From Okamejei kenojei (lineage: Eukaryota), in assembly GCA_035221665.1 (NCBI GenBank), contig CM069159.1, positions 28,892,001-28,956,000 of the forward strand: 64,000 bases of DNA, in the 5' to 3' direction. Below, in pieces: positions 27,801 to 41,000 of this stretch. The number at the start of each line of letters is the position of its first letter. Position 1 is the first letter of the stretch. The position numbers and the translations under genes were made by a program. Below the pieces are notes generated by a model. That model saw nothing but the letters and a program-made list of their open reading frames with translations, had not been told where the DNA came from and ran no database searches.

Positions 27801-28935
27801 ATATTTAATCTAACTGACTGCGGAGGTAACAGCAGTTGTTATTTTCAATAGTAATACTTGTCTAAAATATATTTGTCTGAAATGGATATATTTTAATTTG
27901 TTGGTTGAAGAGTGAGTTCTCAACTCTTTGTTAGGTTATCTGCACTTTGGATTATTCATTGAAGTTATGGTTGTCTACAGTCAGAGATAAACAATAATAA
28001 AATATATTTTTCAGGTATTTGGAGGAGGCAGCAGCGAAAGTGCATGAAAACAGTTGCCTGGATTCTAAGATGACAGAATATTGTCGATGGCTAACAAAAG
28101 AGGAAAAGATTGAAGACTTGGATGCCAACACATATGTCGGTGATGTTCTTCAGGATAACCTCTCAATTAATGTGAGTTCAAGTTACAATAGAAAGATTAA
28201 ATGCAAACCTAAACAAAGTGGAATATGTCAGAAAAACTAGGAACATCATGTGTTGTTTGCTGAGCTTGATACATCACAGTCCGCCGTAACCTCACTGCAT
28301 TCTACATTGGCAAAATATGCAAGGAATAATTTAAATGGATTGGCACAAAATAGTTCATCACCCAATTCCTCAGTAACAAAAATATATTGAAGTCCAATTA
28401 ATTTTCAGATATGAAAGGAAGCGAGATGGCTCTGATCCAAATGTGAAAGTCAGCAGAGCTGTACAATGAGCAGTGCTGACTATGAGGAAATTAATTATGT
28501 CCCATATAATTCACTTGCTGATATTTTTTTTTCTTAATTTGTTATGTTGGCCATTTACCCCTCAAGCAGGTTCACCATTCACTGGTAATTTTGTGATCAA
28601 ACGCCTTGCATCTTTTTTTTCTCTTCCGTCCCTGAATACATTGTTTAGTAATTTACCCATGTCATCTGCAACATTAACAATGAACCCAGCATCATTATTT
28701 ATGTGGAGAAGAAAGCTTCAAATATTGACCACGCCTGCATGTTTAGGCCTGATGTAACTCTTAGATTCTACTACTTGACCTGACTGAAACCCGAATTAAG
28801 GTTTAGATGAAGAGTTACATTTTATAATTCACAGACATATCTCCCAAGATGTATAATTAGTTAATTATTCCGTTCTCTTTTATTATACCTTCTGGTTTAA
28901 ATTTTTTTTTGGTTTCTTTTCTCTATTATTTTCTA

Positions 28936-29008
<73 letters not shown>

Positions 29009-32000
29009 GTACAACTATTAAATAATTGATAATATTGACAATATTAATAATGTATGACCACCACAAACAAAATGTTTTTTTATTTTGTACTTCTAATAAA
29101 AATTAAAATAAATTTAAAAAAAATATTCTACTACTTGGTCTTCTCCAGCTATAAGTAATGTTAAAGTTACTTGTCTTTGTGTCAAATTGTAAATTGTGAA
29201 GTGTTATAATAGTGATCTTGTTGGATACTATATATATTTTATTAGATTTTAAAATATGTTGATCAGAGGGTTAAAATACAAGGATCTTTGCTGATGATTG
29301 TTCTGCATTGTCATTCCTATTTAGCTCCTGTGTGATTGTTTGCCGCTTTACTATGTTGTGCCAAAACGAAACCGTAAATGAGTGCTGAAAATATCTAACT
29401 TTCTGTACAGCTGCTCACTGAGTGATTTATTTTTGTCTGAAGGGCAAAAAGATGAGTTTGATGTTTCCTTCTTGAAAACAATGACTGAATCTGCTGTTTT
29501 TGGACTTGTGTCATTTGGTTCAGGAATAGCTTCTCCCTAATTACAGCAGCCATCTGAATTGAATTTAAGTATGATATCCACTTGAAGATATGAGACCTTC
29601 CTGGCTTATTCATTGTACATGGATCTTTTATCGACTTTTAAGAAGTTCTCATTTGGCTGTTTGAAAAATTGAGCAGAAATGCCCACAACACTTTATGTTG
29701 CACACAATTTTACACTGTTGAATGGTAATTTGAATTCTGCAATAGCTAAAGTGCTGTGAAACAATACGAAGCAACAGAGCTTTGTGCATTCTCCTCCATG
29801 TAACGTCCCCAGAGCTGTGAAATAATTTATTTTAATGTAGAGGAGAAAATACCATGTTCATAAGGAAAAAAGGCAGACTTAAGTTATGCAGTGCCTCTAG
29901 TTAATAATCAATAAGATTTTAGCCTGTCGCATGCCCAATTGAACATTTACCATTTGATCCATGTATTCTCCAGATGTTCAAAAATTGTTTTCGCACTGTA
30001 AAAACTTATTTTGGTGAGAAGTTGATAAATTCATAGTTAAAATATACACATTCAATTATTGTTTGGGAAACTACCAGATTCAAAGAAATCCCCATTTATT
30101 TTCAATATTTCTGTGCTATTTGCCTCTAGCATTACATTGCAGCTCGTATGCTGTCTGTATCAATTTTTGTGTGATTTGCGAATTATATATTGATTCATTT
30201 TCATTATTCCTTTCATAGAACGTAAAGACCTGTGATGCAGCAGTACTTACTGATCCAATAAAACCCTTTGAAAGCAAAGAGGTAAAATTAGAAACTTTAG
30301 GTACATCTTTTATTAAAGATTCTGCATGTTACCAGGATTCCTTACATGATTTGAATGGAATCTAGTCTAGAATTGTGACAGTGTTAATGTGCAATAGTTA
30401 AACCTTCATATATTCTGTAATTGAAATTAAGAAAATATGCAGGTGCTGTAAATCCAAAGTAAAATGAGAAAATTGTGGTTATATTGACTTCTGATGAATG
30501 AAACATTATGTTATTCTATCCGTTGACGAGTACCTGGAGCATTTTTTGTTTTTATTTTGGTTCACTCTCAAAGACACATTCTCTGTATAATTTTATTCTT
30601 TTAGGATAGGACAAAAGAAAAATAATGTTTTATGAATATATGGGTTGGTTCCAAATGGAAAGGACTTCCAGAAAACCAACAGAAATGATTGGCCAGAGTT
30701 TTAATACATTTCTAAGGTTTTGTCATTGTTTTCCAAAAGTTTGTAATCTTTGTGATCAAGTCATAATCTTCATGAAAAAATATTGAATAAATGCACCTGT
30801 AATATTTTTCTATTTGCATAATTGCATAATAATGTGGTGAGCATCTGAACAAAATGCTAATTATATTAATTGTACATTTTGGTGATGTTTAATTTGCAGA
30901 GAACCTTTATGATTCTATACCATGAAAAGGCTCAACTTTTGAAGAGCTATGAGAAATCACAAAATTTGTATGATCAACTTTGTTCTGGTACTCGGGATGA
31001 AATCAAAACGTTCAAAGAAAAGCACGAGCAGCTTTTGTTCAACGAGAAGGTAGTGATATCGTTATTTTAAATCTTGGTAAATAACTGGCGTAAAGAGGTG
31101 ACAGGGAAGGTGAGTCAAGGCTTGGTAGGTGATGGGTAGAACCAGGTTAAGTGGGGGGGGTGGGCAGATTGTGTCAAGTTGGTGGCTGGGAGAGAGGGGG
31201 TGGTGGAAGTAGACACAGACAAAGGCTGGAAGGTGATGTGGATCCAGATAAAGGAAGAGTGTTTGGCAGGGGGATCAGATGGCGGATGGTAAGGGATAGG
31301 GGAGGAAAATGGTGAACAAAGGGAGAGAGAACCTAGGTGGACTGGTAGGAGCAGGAAGGGATGCCCATTTCTGCTCCTTCCAATCCAACATGGTTCGCTT
31401 TCCTTTTGTTCATATATATGTTCCATTTCACCCCAACCCCAGGTACCCTCCACAATCTGGTTCCATCTCACATCATCTCCATTGGGTCTATCATTCTTAC
31501 CCCGTTCCTTCACCAGACACGAAACGTCACCTATTCCTTTTCTCCAGAGATGCTGTCTGACCCGCTGAGTTACTCCAGCATTTTGTGTCTTATCTTCAGT
31601 TTAAACCAGCATCTGCAGGTCCTTCCTATATATTACCCCCTCTCTTAATTCCGGAAGTGGCGGCGCTGCCATGCAGCTGCGGCTCGCCTGCTGTCCGTCT
31701 ATCTTTCCCTTTTTTTGTATTCTTTTGTCTTGTTGGATGTATGTTTTAGTTTATTTTTAGTTGTGTTTGTGTGGGAAGTGAGGGAAACTTGTTTTAGTCT
31801 CTTCCTTCGGAGGATTCGACCATTTCTTATCGTATCTCTGTGCCCGTCTCCGTCTGCGCTGAGGCCTAATCGCAGAGCTGGCGGCCTGCAACTGGGACTG
31901 ACCTCGAGGCTCCGGAGGCAGAGCAGGACTCCAGGACTTTGGGGCTGTGGTGGCGCTGCGGCGGCGGCCCGACTTCGGAGCCTCGGAGGCTTCGGCCGTG

Positions 32001-35000
32001 GGCCAGATGCGGGGTATACTTAAAGTATAAAGTATACTCTATACTTTATATCTGGTTCGACTTATCCCTTCATCATCTGGCTCTATCTTCTCACTCTCCT
32101 CTCCCCACATGACTCCATCCTGCCTATTTTTTTTTCTCTCCTTTACTGTTTTCACTTATCTCCTACCCGCCTGACTCTAAATGAAAAAGTTCACTTTGAA
32201 ACCGTCAAAGACCATTCAAAGCTTTAATTTTAACGTCCGACGGGTGTGGTTTTAGAGACCCAGAGGCAACAGTGTATGTCTGAGTTCTCCAGCAACACAC
32301 AAAGAAATACCAGAAAATCGGGGTTAATATACCCCCATACTCAGTATCAATTGCATGAGGTGATGTCCCAGGAAATATCAGCCACCTCCAAATATGGAGT
32401 TGTTTTTCACTCTTTGCCAAAAGCGAGACATTCCAATGGCCTTAGATGTACCCCACCGGCCCCTTCTTATCTGATTAAACTATTCAACTCAGCTATAAAA
32501 CCCTTGCCATGATATTTGGCCAAGTGTTCCACAATGCAATAGCAATTGCCTTTTTACAACAGGAAAGCTTAAATATGACAGCAACCAATAATAGTAATTA
32601 ACCCTTTCATAAACATCCACCTGGCTCGATCCATTCATCATCCCCCACCTTACCTTGTTCCACCTGTCACCTACCAGCCCCTGCCTCAAGTGTAGTCAAG
32701 AGTGTTTTATTGTCATATCTACTGAAATAGCACAATGCAATTCTTACCACAATGAATTTCTTACCTCTTACTTCTTCTGTACTTCCCTCTTACTTCTTCT
32801 GTACTTCCCTCTTCACTCTCTGCCACGATGCAGGATCTCGACCCAAAATGTCAACCATCCCTTTGCCTCCACAGTGGCTGCCTGACCCACTAGATTCCTC
32901 CAGCCGTTTATTTTGCTCCAGATTCCAGCTTCTTCAGTCCCTTGTATCTCCCTCTTAGGTCTAATGAAGGGTCCATGATCTGAAATGTTAACTTTTTCTT
33001 TCAGCAGATGCTTCCTGACCTTGTTTTTCACTATACTTTCTGGTACTATTTTCAATTTCTGGCATTTGCAGTTTTGAAATTCTAATTAACTGCAGGATTT
33101 TGTAATGTGGAAGGAAACTGAGCACCTAGGGGGACACCAAGGTGAAACCTATGCCTTACCTTGAAGTCCTCAGGAACAATCTCTAATGTAATGTTAATGT
33201 TTTAGAGAATGAATGTTTGGCATTGTTGTTAGATGATAGATACTAAATACAAAGTAAAGTTTTATTGCATTCTACATTTTTATAATAGAAACTGAGGGAT
33301 GAGCTTTCAATAGTAAAGACACAGCTATCGTCTGCAAAAGAGAAATTACGTGACAAGAGAGAAATTCAATCGCAAGAACTTGGTGTGCTACAAGAAGAAC
33401 TTAAACCATTGAAGAATAATTTAGAAAGGTATGATTCCAATGTTCCTTTCTCCAAATTACAAATTGGACAATAAATGTTCTTGCCATCATGGCAATGATC
33501 TTACACTTAAATTGTTACAATGTTGCAATTTAAGATTGCTTGTTCAGATGAGCTCCAGTATATAGCAGTGATTAACCCTGGCCTTGTTAGTCCTCCCAAA
33601 TGTATCACCTCTAATTTTTTGGGATTAAATTCCATTTTACTAACTCATCAATATCGTTCTGTAGCCCGTCTATTTTCCTTACTATCCAAAACACCACCAA
33701 TTTTCTTATTTGCAAACTTGTGAATCATACCTCCAATATCAAGAAGTGTCTTGATCCAAAACATCCCCTATCCATGTTCTCCAGAATTGCTGCCTGACCT
33801 GCTCAGTTACTCCACCACTGTGTGTCCGTTTGTTCAAGCCAGTGTGGCAATGCAAGACGCTAAGGCACACCAAGGAAATCACACATGCTGCAGACCCCAC
33901 AACACATGGGACTGGGCTCCCTATGTTTTTAATTTAATGCACCTTGCAATATATTCTAATGTAATTTGATTAAGGCAAAATTAAAGAATATTTAATATTC
34001 CTTTAATATTTAATATATTTTAATGTAATTTGATTAAAGCAAAATGAAGAATATTTAGAAAATTTAAGTGTGAATTTTCTTTTCAGAAATAAGAAAACTC
34101 TACCTGAAATTGATGCCGAAATTCAGAAAATAAGAGGAAGAAGGTATTCTTGCTGCACAATAATTGTTTTAAGTTTTTTATATTGAAAATTGTTGTAAAA
34201 TAAATAATGGACCCGATTTTTGAACCTAGTTGCACCATATACTCAGCTGCAGCCAACCCTTGTGAGATTTTCCTCATCAAAATGCTTATTGATTTCAGAG
34301 AAAAACAGGCCAGTGACAAGAAAAAATTGCAGAAATTGTGTGACAAAGCAAAAGAAAATGGCAAAGAGTCAGCAAACAGACTCTTATCTGTTCAGGTATT
34401 TATTATTGAGAATGATTGCAAACATTGGGAATTAATGCATATGTTGCATAGAGAATATGGTGTATTTCATATATGTATGGAGTGTTGAACATGTAATATG
34501 AATTGTGCTTAAATCTAATTTCAAATATTACCTTCTTTTCATCTGCACTTTCTCTAATGCTGTTACACTATATTCTGCAGTCTAGTATTTTTCACTTTGC
34601 ACTACCTGACGTACTTGTGTGTGGCTTGATTGTATTCATGTATAGTATGATTTGACCGGATAGCACACAAAAGCTTTTCACTGTATCTCAGTACATGTGA
34701 CACTAATAAATCAACACCAATAATATTTGAATGGTTGTGCTGTTTTGAATAACTTACCTCTAATATGCTCAGCATCATCGTGTGGAATATCTATTTTCTT
34801 TCTCCTTTGCTCAACTAATCATCTCCCGATATAGCTTTCTTTTTTTAAATGTCCTTAATCTCTCTAATTTCTCAGATCCCAGATATTTCCACAGCTATTC
34901 CTTGGAATCCCCTGGTCCTATTCTTAAGTACTTCATCAAGGTAGTTAAAGGAGTGACCTGGTAGCAAACATGACTAACTTCTTTATTGAGTCTTTTCATT

Positions 35001-38000
35001 GGATTTTGGTCCTGAAAGGGCAATAAAGCAGTATCTCACTTTTTATGGCGCACTTACAGGTTGCGACTGTTGTACTGTCAGATCAGATTTGTAGTTTCAC
35101 TCCAACACAGTGGTTGGCACAGTGACGTAGCTGGTAGAGCTACTGCCTTTCAGTGCCAGAGTGCCCAAGTTCGATCCTGACCTTGGATGCTGTTTGTGTG
35201 GAGTTTGCATGTTCTCTCTGCAACCATGTGGGTCTCCTCCCGCATCTCTTTGTTGTTATATGTTATATGTTATATATGCCTCAAAGATGTGCGGGTTTGT
35301 AGGTTAATTGGCCTATGCAAATTGCACTTATTGTGCAGGCGGTGAATGGGGAAGCGGGATAACATATAATTAGCGTGGAAAGTGACCGATGTTCGGCATG
35401 GGCCAAAGTGCTTGTTTCTACACTGAATCTTTAAAACCTTCAAAGCTTTACTCCTGTAGACATGGTAGGGGGCTCTGCTTCCATTTGGCAGTGCTTTCCA
35501 AGTACTTCTCTTTTAGGAGGGAAAAATGTACCTTCAAAAGCACTCTAAATCTTTTATCCTATACCCTAAATCTACGTCCTCTGGGTCTGGATTTATTAGG
35601 TCTGGTCTTCCCTGTGGTGTAGTGACCTTAGAACTGCACGGAGTATTCCAGCTGAATTCTGACCAATGCTTTATAAAGTAGGATCATAGCCTGTATTCCC
35701 AGCAAACATTGGGGAGTTGTGGTGACCATCCAGTTGAATTTATATTATATCGTTTTTAAAAAAAAATGGATTTGTAACTTTCATTTTGAATGCAGTCCTT
35801 GTCAATTCATGGCATTCCCCTTAGAAGATTCAAGAATGTAGATGCAAAATTCGAAGTCCATCTGGATAAGTACAAAAAGACAGTAAAATCAGTCCTTTGC
35901 TCTTATATTGTTTAACATATTTAAAAGTGGTAACATGGACATCTATATACTTTAATTTCTTGCTACAGACTAAGATTCTGGAATGGAAGAAACACACCAA
36001 GTTGTATTATCTCAATCGCCTGCATCAGGAGGCTGTTGAAAATGTGAAGTTTTATACAGCACAGAAAGCTCAGTAAGTTTCAGTACACATTTCACTGTTT
36101 GCAGTGTACTTTTTATTTTCCAATGGTAATTGTGAAAAGCATCTGTCAAATTGATTGGGCTACATCATCCTGTGTCTGCTTGTCTGAGCTTGCTACCACA
36201 TTGCCTGTGCAACTCCACTAATCAGTTAGGGATGCAGAGGGCAGACCAATGTGACCTCGGGATCTGCAAACCAGCAGCTAGAAACCAGGAAAGAGTGCAG
36301 AGATTTACAAGGATGTTGCCAGGACTTGACAGCCTGAGCTAGTTGGGTATGTTCATACTTCTTTGGAGCGCAGGAGACTGAGGGTCGATCTTGTAGAAGT
36401 GTATAAAATCATGAGAACAGATAGGATGAATATATTTGTTTAAGAAGGAACTGCAGATGCTGGAAAATCGAAGGTAGACAAAAGTCTGAAGAAGGGTTTC
36501 GGCCCAAAACGTTGCCTATTTCCTTCGCTTCATAGATGCTGCCTCACCCGCTGAGTTTCTCCTGCAGTTTTGTCTACCTAGGATGAATATATAGTGTCTT
36601 TTACTCGAGGTAGGGAATCAAAAACAAGAGGACATAGGTTTAAGGTGAGAGGGACAAGATTTGATCAGAACCTGAAGGGCAATTTCTTTTACTATGGATG
36701 GTGGGTATATAGAACAAGCTATCAGAGAGGTAGTTGAGGCAGCATTTAAAATACATTTGGACAAGTACATGGATAGGAAAGGTTTAGAGGAGTACGTCCC
36801 AAGTGCAAGCAAAAGGGACTAGCTTAAATGGGGCATCGTAGTCGGCATAGACAAGTTAAGCCAACGTGCCTGTTTTCATGCTCTATGATTTTTATGACTC
36901 TTGTCTTGGGATGGATCCGGAGGTTACTGTTAAAACCTGAAAATAAGTGTAATCACAAATACTTAAGACAACTAGCAATTAATGAAAAAAACGGGATTAG
37001 GTAATTAGGGGCGATGTTGCTTATGCCAGTGATCCTTGACATAAAGCTGAGGTGTCTAATGCACTTGCAACTGGGCCGTCTCTTCAGTAAGTCAGCACTC
37101 CTTTATTTTCCTGCATGTGCTTTGCTATGTGGAATTTAGAGGCTTATGGTACAGAAACTAAATCATTAACAAACACTTCAATCATTAGTAGTCTCTGAAC
37201 TCAAAATAGAGATGCGCAGAACCTAACCTGCAGTTCTCCATGGAATCACCAGCGACAGCAAAGTACAGTGTGGAACACTATTATTTTGGTTTTCTTGGAC
37301 ATGTACTGCTTCTATGTTTTTCCACAGCAGAATGATGCAGTGTAAAAGTGGTAGACATACAGCATTTGATTGTATTAGGCAAGAAACCTATCTAACAATG
37401 GGCCAGTACTTGCAAGACTAATGTCTCTTCCTTTATATAAAATGTTATGTTATGAATTAAGATGAATGGAATACTTGATTCTTGCTTGACTGTAAAGTGT
37501 CCCTTAATATATCTTTAAAGGAGGACACATTCTCCAGAAGTTGTCACTAGCTGTGACATGTGGGAAAAAAGATTGAAAGGAATTCAAGGACAAATTACTC
37601 TAATCAAAGTGAGCTGCTTTTTTTTGTCAATTTTAAAATTCTCAGGTTTCAGCAATAAAAGATAATTGACAGATTTGTAAGTACAATATAAATTACATGG
37701 CGGTTTTCATTTTATTCTTTACTCTGACTATTACTCCTCTGCTTCTGTAATCTTATCGCTGCTGGCACCCCAGACTTGAATTGTCTGCAAACCCTTTAAC
37801 ACTGTGGTTGTAGTCAGTATTGTAACAGGCCCTTCGGCCTACTACGTTCATGCTGATCATCATGCCTATCTATACTAATCCCATTTGCCTGCATCGATTG
37901 CATATTCTTCCATGCCTTGTTCATTCAAGTACTTGTCCAGATGCCTCTTAAATGTTGTTTTGGTTTTGCCTCCCTGACCTCCTCTGGAAGTTCATTCAAG

Positions 38001-41000
38001 ATAACAACTACTCTTTATGTGAAACATTTACCGCTCAGAAATTCTCCACAATTCTCCCAAAGACACATTGATTCCGATCAATATTACTTTTTTAATGTCA
38101 CAAATTACTTTATCTTCACGCTTGGTACAAGTCGGTGCTAATGTCACTGCTCTTCTTTTCAACCCCGCTATTACACTACCTTTGGACTGTTTTTACTAAA
38201 TCCACTTTCGGATCTGTTCATATTAAGTCTCTGCATAATGATGTACGAGTTAGCTCATCAAATATATCTGAAATTGAAATGTTCTAAAAGATATGCCTAT
38301 TGTGGTGGATTTGACAGGAGTTTAACGACTGTATTTTGCTCAGGCTGCCTCTTGGACCCAGGAGACAGCAGGAGATAGTGACAATGTACCTTACATGGAC
38401 TCCTGTACATTGATGCCATCTCCATTCCGATCTGTGAACAAGCAGCAGGGACTGTCATCACCTCCCACAAGGGCTGAAATGGCAAAAAAAATTGGATTTT
38501 CTGGAAATTCTGCCTCTGCTGAGGCTGGTTGGTATTCACCAAGATCCAGAACTCATGGCGTTGAGGCAGAAATGTCACCAAGGACAGGAAAAGATGCCTA
38601 CATGCCATCTGCTTGGCTACCCAGTTACTTCAAACCTCAATCAGCGCAGCCTGTCCCACCCAGTGATTGCAGCCGGCTTGATCTTGAACTGGAATTTGGG
38701 ATGAAGCCGTTTCCTGACAGAACTCTCCAGCTGACTACCAGTGGTTTGGAAATGCCAAATCCCTCAATGGAGGCAAAACCAGTAAAAATCCCAGATACAT
38801 CCCTCTCTGGGTTACATAAGTCACGGGTTCATGTGAATCCACATAACAATGTTTTTGAGACTTATGGTACACAAATTAAATCCTTCAACAAACACTTCAA
38901 CCATTTGCAGTCTGCACAGCCAGTTATATATGCCAATAACGATTTCCAGGCATTTGGTGATGTATCCGGTGCCAGCAGTTCACAGTCCGATGAGCCTCGG
39001 TCATCCTATCATGCTGTAATGGAGCAACTGTTCTTCAAGTTTCCTACAATAAGCAAGTAAGTTATTTTGCTAACAACCATTTAAACAATATCTTGCATCG
39101 TGTTGAAAGAAAGAACTTTGCTTGGATCCTTTCAGCTTCCACCTAGCAGGAATGCCATGTAAATCTTGGAGTTGTAATCCAGTGACATCAAAATGAACAA
39201 TACAGATACATTCTCAGGATGCCCCATTTACATTCCTTGCTCATCCCTAATTGCCTTTGGGAAGTTGGTGGGGAGTTGGCACTTTGAAATGCAGAGGTGA
39301 TTCTAGTAAAGTACTCCCACCATGGTATAGGGTAGGGATTTTCAGGGTTTAGAATCCACGAAGATTCAAGAGAGTTTATTGTCATGCGTCCCAGATAGGA
39401 CAATGAAATTTTTGCTTTGCTTCAGCACAACAGAATATTGTAGGCATGAATACAGAACAGATCAGTGTGTCCATATACCATTATATAAATGTATACACAC
39501 ATGAATAAATAAACAGATAAAGTGCAAATAAACAGATAATGGTCTATTAATGTTCAGAGTTTTGTTTCAGTTGAGTTTAATAGCCTGATGGCTGTGGGGA
39601 TGTAGCTATTCCTGAACCTGGACGTTGCAGTCCTCAGGCTCATGTACCTTCCACCTGAAGGTAGCAGGGAGATGAGTGTGTGGCCAGGATTGTGTGGGTC
39701 CTTGATGATGCTGCCAGCCCTTTTGAGGCAGCGACTGCGATAAATCCCCTCGATGGTAGGTCAGAGCCGATGATGGACTGGGCAGTGTTTACTACTTTTT
39801 GTAGTCCTTTCCGCTCCTGGGCGCTCAAGTTGCCGAACCAAGCTACGATGCAACCGGTCAGCATGCTCTCTACTGTGCACCTGTACAAGTTAGAGAGAGC
39901 CCTCCTTGACATACTGACTCTCCATATAACCATATAACCATATAACAATTACAGCACGGAAACAGGCCCTCTCGGCCCTTCCAGTCCGTGCCGACCATTT
40001 GTTTTCCCCTAGTCCCATCTACCTGCACTCTCCGTAATCTTCTCAGGAAATAGAGGATAAAGGAGCAATTATGCAACCTGGTGAGGAATCTGCAGGCAGT
40101 GGTGACCTCTTGCACAGTAGTCACAGGTTTGACAGGTGAGATTTTGTGAGATATAATTGAAGGCATGTGCCCATAGCTTCAGCCCTGGAAACGTGCCCTT
40201 CGGGCCCCACCGAGTCCGCACCGACCAGCGATCCCCGCACACACCAGGCACAATTTTACATTTACACCAAGCCAAATAACCTACACACCTGTACGTCTTT
40301 GGAGCAGGGGAGGAAACCCATGCAGCTCATGTGGAGAAAGTACAAACTCCATACAGACAGCACCGTAATCGGGATCGAACCCGGGTCTCCGGCGTTGTAA
40401 GGCAGCAACTCCACCACTGCGCCACCTTGCCACCCAGTTGTCCTAGTAACTGGCTTTGAAACACCAATAATAGTTTAGAATTTGGGTATCTGTCAGCTGA
40501 AGAAGGTGCCTTGTTGAGAAACAATAAGAAAACTTCACATTCACTTTTGGTTCTTTGGGGTATTTTTAAGGCAGAGATTGGCATGTTTTTGATTAGTATG
40601 GGTGTCAGGGGTTATGGGGAGAAGGCAGGAGAATGAGGTTGAGAAGAAAAGATAGATCAGCCATGATTGAATGGCAGAGTAGACACAATGGGATGAATGG
40701 CCTAATTTTGCTCCTATGCCTTATGAACTTATAAGTGCAATACCTTTCCAGGATATTTTGATTGATTAGGAGTATACCAGTGCTTTCGTTTTGAGAACAG
40801 AAATGTGCCGGTACACGTCTCATTCTTTGCTGTTAGTTTTTCTGATAAATCGTTGTCCTACAAGCTGCTTAAGCTGGCTAATTTAAATAATACATTTTAT
40901 TTTTTTAACTTTTGTAATCTTTTTGTAATATTAAAATTTGAAAATCTAGTTTTAACTTTTTAAGAGGTGTCGGTGTGCCGTACCAGGCATACAATGACAG

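Noticed and set aside
32026-32050. AT-rich hairpin TATAAAGTATA-CTC-TATACTTTATA
   Set aside because: Low complexity at a repeat junction; probably a repair scar or chance
38318-38343. Alternative acceptor giving EFNDCILLRL...
   Set aside because: Poor pyrimidine tract, and the frame stops within about 31 codons; the 38344 acceptor keeps the frame
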